Shown piece after piece: positions 59,401-64,000 of a stretch of DNA of 64,000 nt (position 1 is its first letter; each line of letters begins with the position of its first letter). Position numbers and translations under genes: made by a program. Below the pieces are notes generated by a model. It saw only the letters and a program-made list of their open reading frames with translations, had not been told where the DNA came from and did no database searches. Origin of the DNA: Lama guanicoe (taxonomy: Eukaryota); contig MU053304.1 in the NCBI GenBank assembly GCA_013239625.1, positions 2,294,001-2,358,000 on the forward strand, written 5' to 3'.

Positions 59401-62400
59401 TATGCAGTGTCTTTAAAATATGTCCCTCCAACAACGCATAATCACCATTTTTCCTGCAGATTCTTGAACACTGCAGCTGGCCAACTATAATAATTCCATG
59501 CTCAGTAGTCCTTTTCTACCAAAGAGTTCAGCCATGTGTTATCATATTGATGATGTAAATGTCTACAATACATTCCAGTATATCCTAATTATAATTACGT
59601 GTTGGTCAATATTTGGGTAGAGTTTGGTCAAAGACCACTCCACAGTATAATGTTCTTATTTGAATTAAGCAATAAGAGCATTTACTCTGAAAGTTTTTTT
59701 TTTTTTTAATGAACATGACTCTGATGCTTTGGAATTTCAGTTGTCTTAGAGAATGCAAAAAAGATCTGAATTCATAACTGGTTGGTTCTCCTAAGTTTGG
59801 CTGAAATTACACGATTAAAAAAATGAAGAGAAAAAAAGAAAGAATGCAAGTCAGAATGAAAATAAAATGGAGTAGAAGACATCATTTCATTTTCCAAAAC
59901 TTCTAGAGCAATATTTTAAGGTTAAAAATAAAATTGAAGGAATTGCTAAATTTTAAACAGAAGTTAACAAAAAAAATAAAGGGACAATTTTTGCCAGCCA
60001 AATTAATTTTATTCTTAGTCAATTGGGAGTTGAGAACCCTCCAATAGTGAGTGTGCATGAAGGAGTCTCACAATGAGCAGGCTTGGACAGTCCTACTCAA
60101 GTCTCCTCTTGCTCCATGGGCAATGGAAAACTTGACTGACATCTCATCACAGAAGAATGAATGGCCTGTTAGGTCACTGACAGCTGGGCCTGTAATTCCA
60201 GGTGGTGATGGAAGTACCAAAATTGAACCCTAGCAAGGCTGTACAGAAGAGTTGGGAGTAAGATGCTGTGAGTAAGGTGAGCACTGATAACAGTCTTGTG
60301 GAGAACCTGGTAAAGTGTGATTACTTGATTGATGCAGAAGCACAAGCCCAGCTCATTAATGTGTGGGCTCTGCTGTTGAGGCCTGAGCATTTTGTCAGCC
60401 TTCGACAAGGACTGGAAAGAAGATAAAAACTCATTTTCCAATCTTTTCATTCCTTGGAGGAACACAATCATTTCTCATTCATATCAATTCTTTCATCTAA
60501 GGAGCATGACGTGTGACCTCAAATGTTTTCCAGATGCCTAATGGAATGTGTGGAGGAGGAAAATAATTTTATTTTGTTTGGTGCACAAATTCAACTGTGA
60601 TACTTATATTGTGGAAGAAAACAAACAAACAGGATCTGAGAGCATCTTTTCTACAGTTTGTCATTTTATATAAGAAATAAAAATAGAAGTTATACAGTAA
60701 CATATAGTCAAAGTAAAGATGCTATCCAGGAAAAAGTCTTTTTTATTTATTATTCTCTCTTTTGGGTTATTTTTAATCCTAAGCATGAACCACCTAGAAG
60801 CTTTTAGAGTTCTTCAGCTAATTAGCTTATTTATGATTCAATGATAAAATTGTATTTTTGTCCCCCTCTCAATCACATCCAGACTTTAATATAATTTAGT
60901 AATTTATTACTTAGCTGTGGTACTTACAACATTTTGCTTCTTAAAATATTAAAGATCTACTTACTTCTAAAAGGGCTCAGGGTAGCTAGTAACCTTTATT
61001 AGTATAACCAGGCTATAGTAAATTTTCTCCTTGCCTATGACATGGAATTCTGTCAGTCTCCATGAATAAAAATTACCTCACTTCCTGCTTATGCAGCTGA
61101 TGAGGCGGTCATGAAATTCAAGAGAAAATCATTTCCCAGTTCTTCAAACTGACATCACTAATTCCCTGCCTTTTTGTGACTTGGCAGTCAAAGTGTAAGG
61201 TAATATCTTAAAGAGGAAAAAATTCCAAACTTACATAAAGTTGACTTTCTGTCCTGCCACAATATGACATGGTATCCTCCCAAATATAAAACACTTTGAG
61301 TCATCTGGACCCTTATTTACTCAATAATTCCATTATTTAATATGATGGGTTGTTAGAAAGATAATTTATGGAGTTGTTGGAAACACATAGACTTCAGGTC
61401 CTGAAAACGTTTTTATACTGAATAAAATGAAAATACTACACGCGATAATGGCTCTGGTCAACACGTGGAGATGTTTCCTCGCTGGTTTCCCCTCAAATGT
61501 TCTAGCCCATTTCCACCTCTTTGGGGCCATATTTTAGTGGTAATATTACACGGAGTTCTTCAAAATAGAGATCCCAATGTAAGAGCAGAAAATACAAGCA
61601 AGGTGAAGCAAGTAGAGAGAGCATGCTAAGAAATGTTTTCATCCTGGACCTTCCCATCGGGAGATCCCAGTCCGGTTACTAGTGGTTATAACCAACTTAG
61701 GTATTTGGTGGTAACAGGAGAACTATGGATGGATAACCATACAACGCCCACATTAACATCTATCTAATTTCTAAAGTGTCCTTGAGAATGATATCATAGA
61801 CAATGAATTTAAAAATTCAGGAATCAATATTACTGTTATTTTCCAATAGGATCTTAATTTCTTGAAAAAAGTCATTATTATTTTTTTTTACCATTAATGT
61901 TATTATTGCTGGTTGTCCAGGAAAAGAAATTCTAAGATATGGACTCCAACGAGTATGTCTGAGAGATCCACAGCTTTTTTTCACCACTGTCACCATTATG
62001 ATAAAAACAACAGCAGTATCAAAACAGCAGCAACACTGGTGAGAGTTGCTACCATTGAGGACCACCCTCGTGTTAGGCTCTGAGCTGTAAGCATTACTTC
62101 TTTTCATCCTGTTATGGAAACAATGAAATAAATGATCAGATAATCTGAGTGCATTGCCAATGACACAGGTTATTTAATGGCCAAACATTTCAACCACAAG
62201 GATCTGGTCCGCTAGGCTGTACCTTTTTTTTTTTTTTTTGTAGTTTGTTCACGCATCAGTAGGAAAAACATTTTAACTAATGGTCAGGCTTCTCAGAAAT
62301 TCTACTGACAACAAAAGCAATAGTAACAATAAGGCATGCCACAGACACACGCACACACACACACTCACAGTACCAACCTTAAGAAACTTCCTTGGATAGT

Positions 62401-62794
62401 CAGAGCTTAGGGAAAATGGAAAGTTATTTCTCCCTCTAGGAAAACCTTGTGGACCTAACCCCTCAAAATTAATTAAAGCAAATAAAATAAAGACAAAAAT
62501 AGCATACTCCATGTAAAGACAGGGCTAAGTTGTGAGAATCTGGATAAGAGAAGCAGTTAGAAAACTTAATAATAGGTTTTCAGATACTTGGGATAGACCA
62601 GTTACTTCCCATTTCCACTGCAAGCAGGAAAAAAAAAAAGAAACTTGGCTTAAAATATTGCATGGATACAATTAAAAACTAATAATTAGTTGTGGAATTA
62701 AGACCTAGGGTAGGATAGTGATGATGCTTACAGACTCTAAATAGAAAGAGCATTATTTCCTGGAAATCATTATTTAATACTTGAGAAATAGTGC

Positions 62795-63000
62795 ACCACA
62801 GTGTTTAAGAGTCGGGGTTCTATAATCTGACCTCTTGGCTTTACCGTATTTATGAGCTGTGTGAGCTTGAGCAAGTTATTAAATTTCTTAAACCTCATTT
62901 TCCTCATTTCTGTAGATGGAATATATTATCCATAACAAAAGTGTGCATGATGCTTTTAGCACAGTGTTTGGCACCAAGTCAGTACATCTTAGCTATTATT
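62795..63000 (+). mobile_element. MIR SINE
   Basis: gagctgtgtgagcttgagcaagttattaaat...cctcattttcctcatttctgtagatgg...agcacagtgtttggcac. Confidence 0.75.
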
Positions 63001-63539
63001 GGTGCTATTGTATTTAAATATGATCTGGCTTGAAAAAAGGACTGTGGATTCCATTGTGTTTCCATTCTCACTCAGGCAAAAAGGCATGTCATGAACACTT
63101 GTCTTTTTTTTTTTGGCTACCTAGAATTTAAATACCTCTTATATTTGGCAGAAATTGTAAGATTGGTACCAGCTATGTGGAGGCAGATGTTCCTTATCCC
63201 AACACCTTGGTGTTAGAGTAGAGACGTGTGACCTTGGCTGGCGGATGAAATGCTCCAGATTGAGTTTTGAGTATGGAAGAGTGGTGATGAGAACAGAGGT
63301 CACTGGAGATTGCTCTCTGGAGCTGTGGTGTGAATGGAGGTATAGTGGATTCCCCGTGTGTGCCTGGGAATGTGGAACAGAGTGAGGCAGTAGACAGTCT
63401 CCAGGGGTATTGGCACCTACTGTAGCATCCTAAAGAGACTATTTTTGTGGTGGAGTCATGGCCATTCCTAGCTTCCTTTGGCTCCTGTCTATATTCCCAA
63501 GCTTGGTTCTCTAATCATTTTGACTCATTTATGATATAT

Positions 63540-63995
63540 CCATCAGCTATATCCATAATAATTCTTCATGACAATTCTGCAGCCCCAAAAGCTCAGTGGA
63601 ATTTAACATAAATATTTGTCTCAAACTCCCATGGATGGAGGTTGATAGAAGGTTGGCCCTTCTAGGCTGGACTTAATGGGGCTTGACTCCAAGCTGTGGT
63701 TAAGTGCAGGTCTGCTGGACATTTTCCTCATCTCCCCTTGACCAGCAGCTACTGGCTGTATGTCCTGCTGATTGTGAGAGGCAAGAACGCAGATGAGCAG
63801 GCCCAACTGAGCCAGCACACTGTGAGTATATCCAAAGCAAGTCACATGGTTAAGCCCCACATCTGTAGGGTGGGAGAATATACATTGCCTCATTGTGGAA
63901 GAAACTACCGAGACAGAGAGTGAATATAGCAGAAGCTAAGGCTGAGTATGTGGCGAAGGGTAAAGAATTGAGGGCATTAAAGCAATTGAGCACAT
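63540..63995. mobile_element. Old MLT1-type LTR
   Basis: ccccaaaagctcagtggaatttaaca...ccaaagcaagtcacatggttaagccc...ggtaaagaattgaggg. Confidence 0.7.
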
Positions 63996-64000
63996 AGGAG

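Overview
Placental-mammal genomic DNA, most likely a camelid: it carries vic-1-like tRNA-derived SINEs, and I recognised no Alu, B1/B2, Bov-tA/BovB, PRE-1 or Can-SINE copies. The only supportable protein-coding sequence is the terminal exon of PID1 (NYGGF4/PCLI1) on the + strand (CDS 35904-36380, PTB/PID domain), followed by a ~1.7 kb 3' UTR ending at tandem AATAAA signals (~38040-38065). Positions 1-35903 are the distal part of the very long last intron, and 38.1-64 kb is intergenic. The rest is an ordinary eutherian repeat landscape (L1 3' fragments, L2, MIR, MLT1/MLT2 LTRs, hAT DNA transposons) with a 22-N gap. Repeat subfamily names and boundaries are by eye and approximate. I see no evidence for a novel multi-gene system. 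The most interesting observations are small: two local tandem duplications, candidate cryptic PID1 cassette exons and acceptors, a possible SINE-L1 chimera, a tail-to-tail L2 hairpin, and some candidate regulatory or non-B DNA elements.
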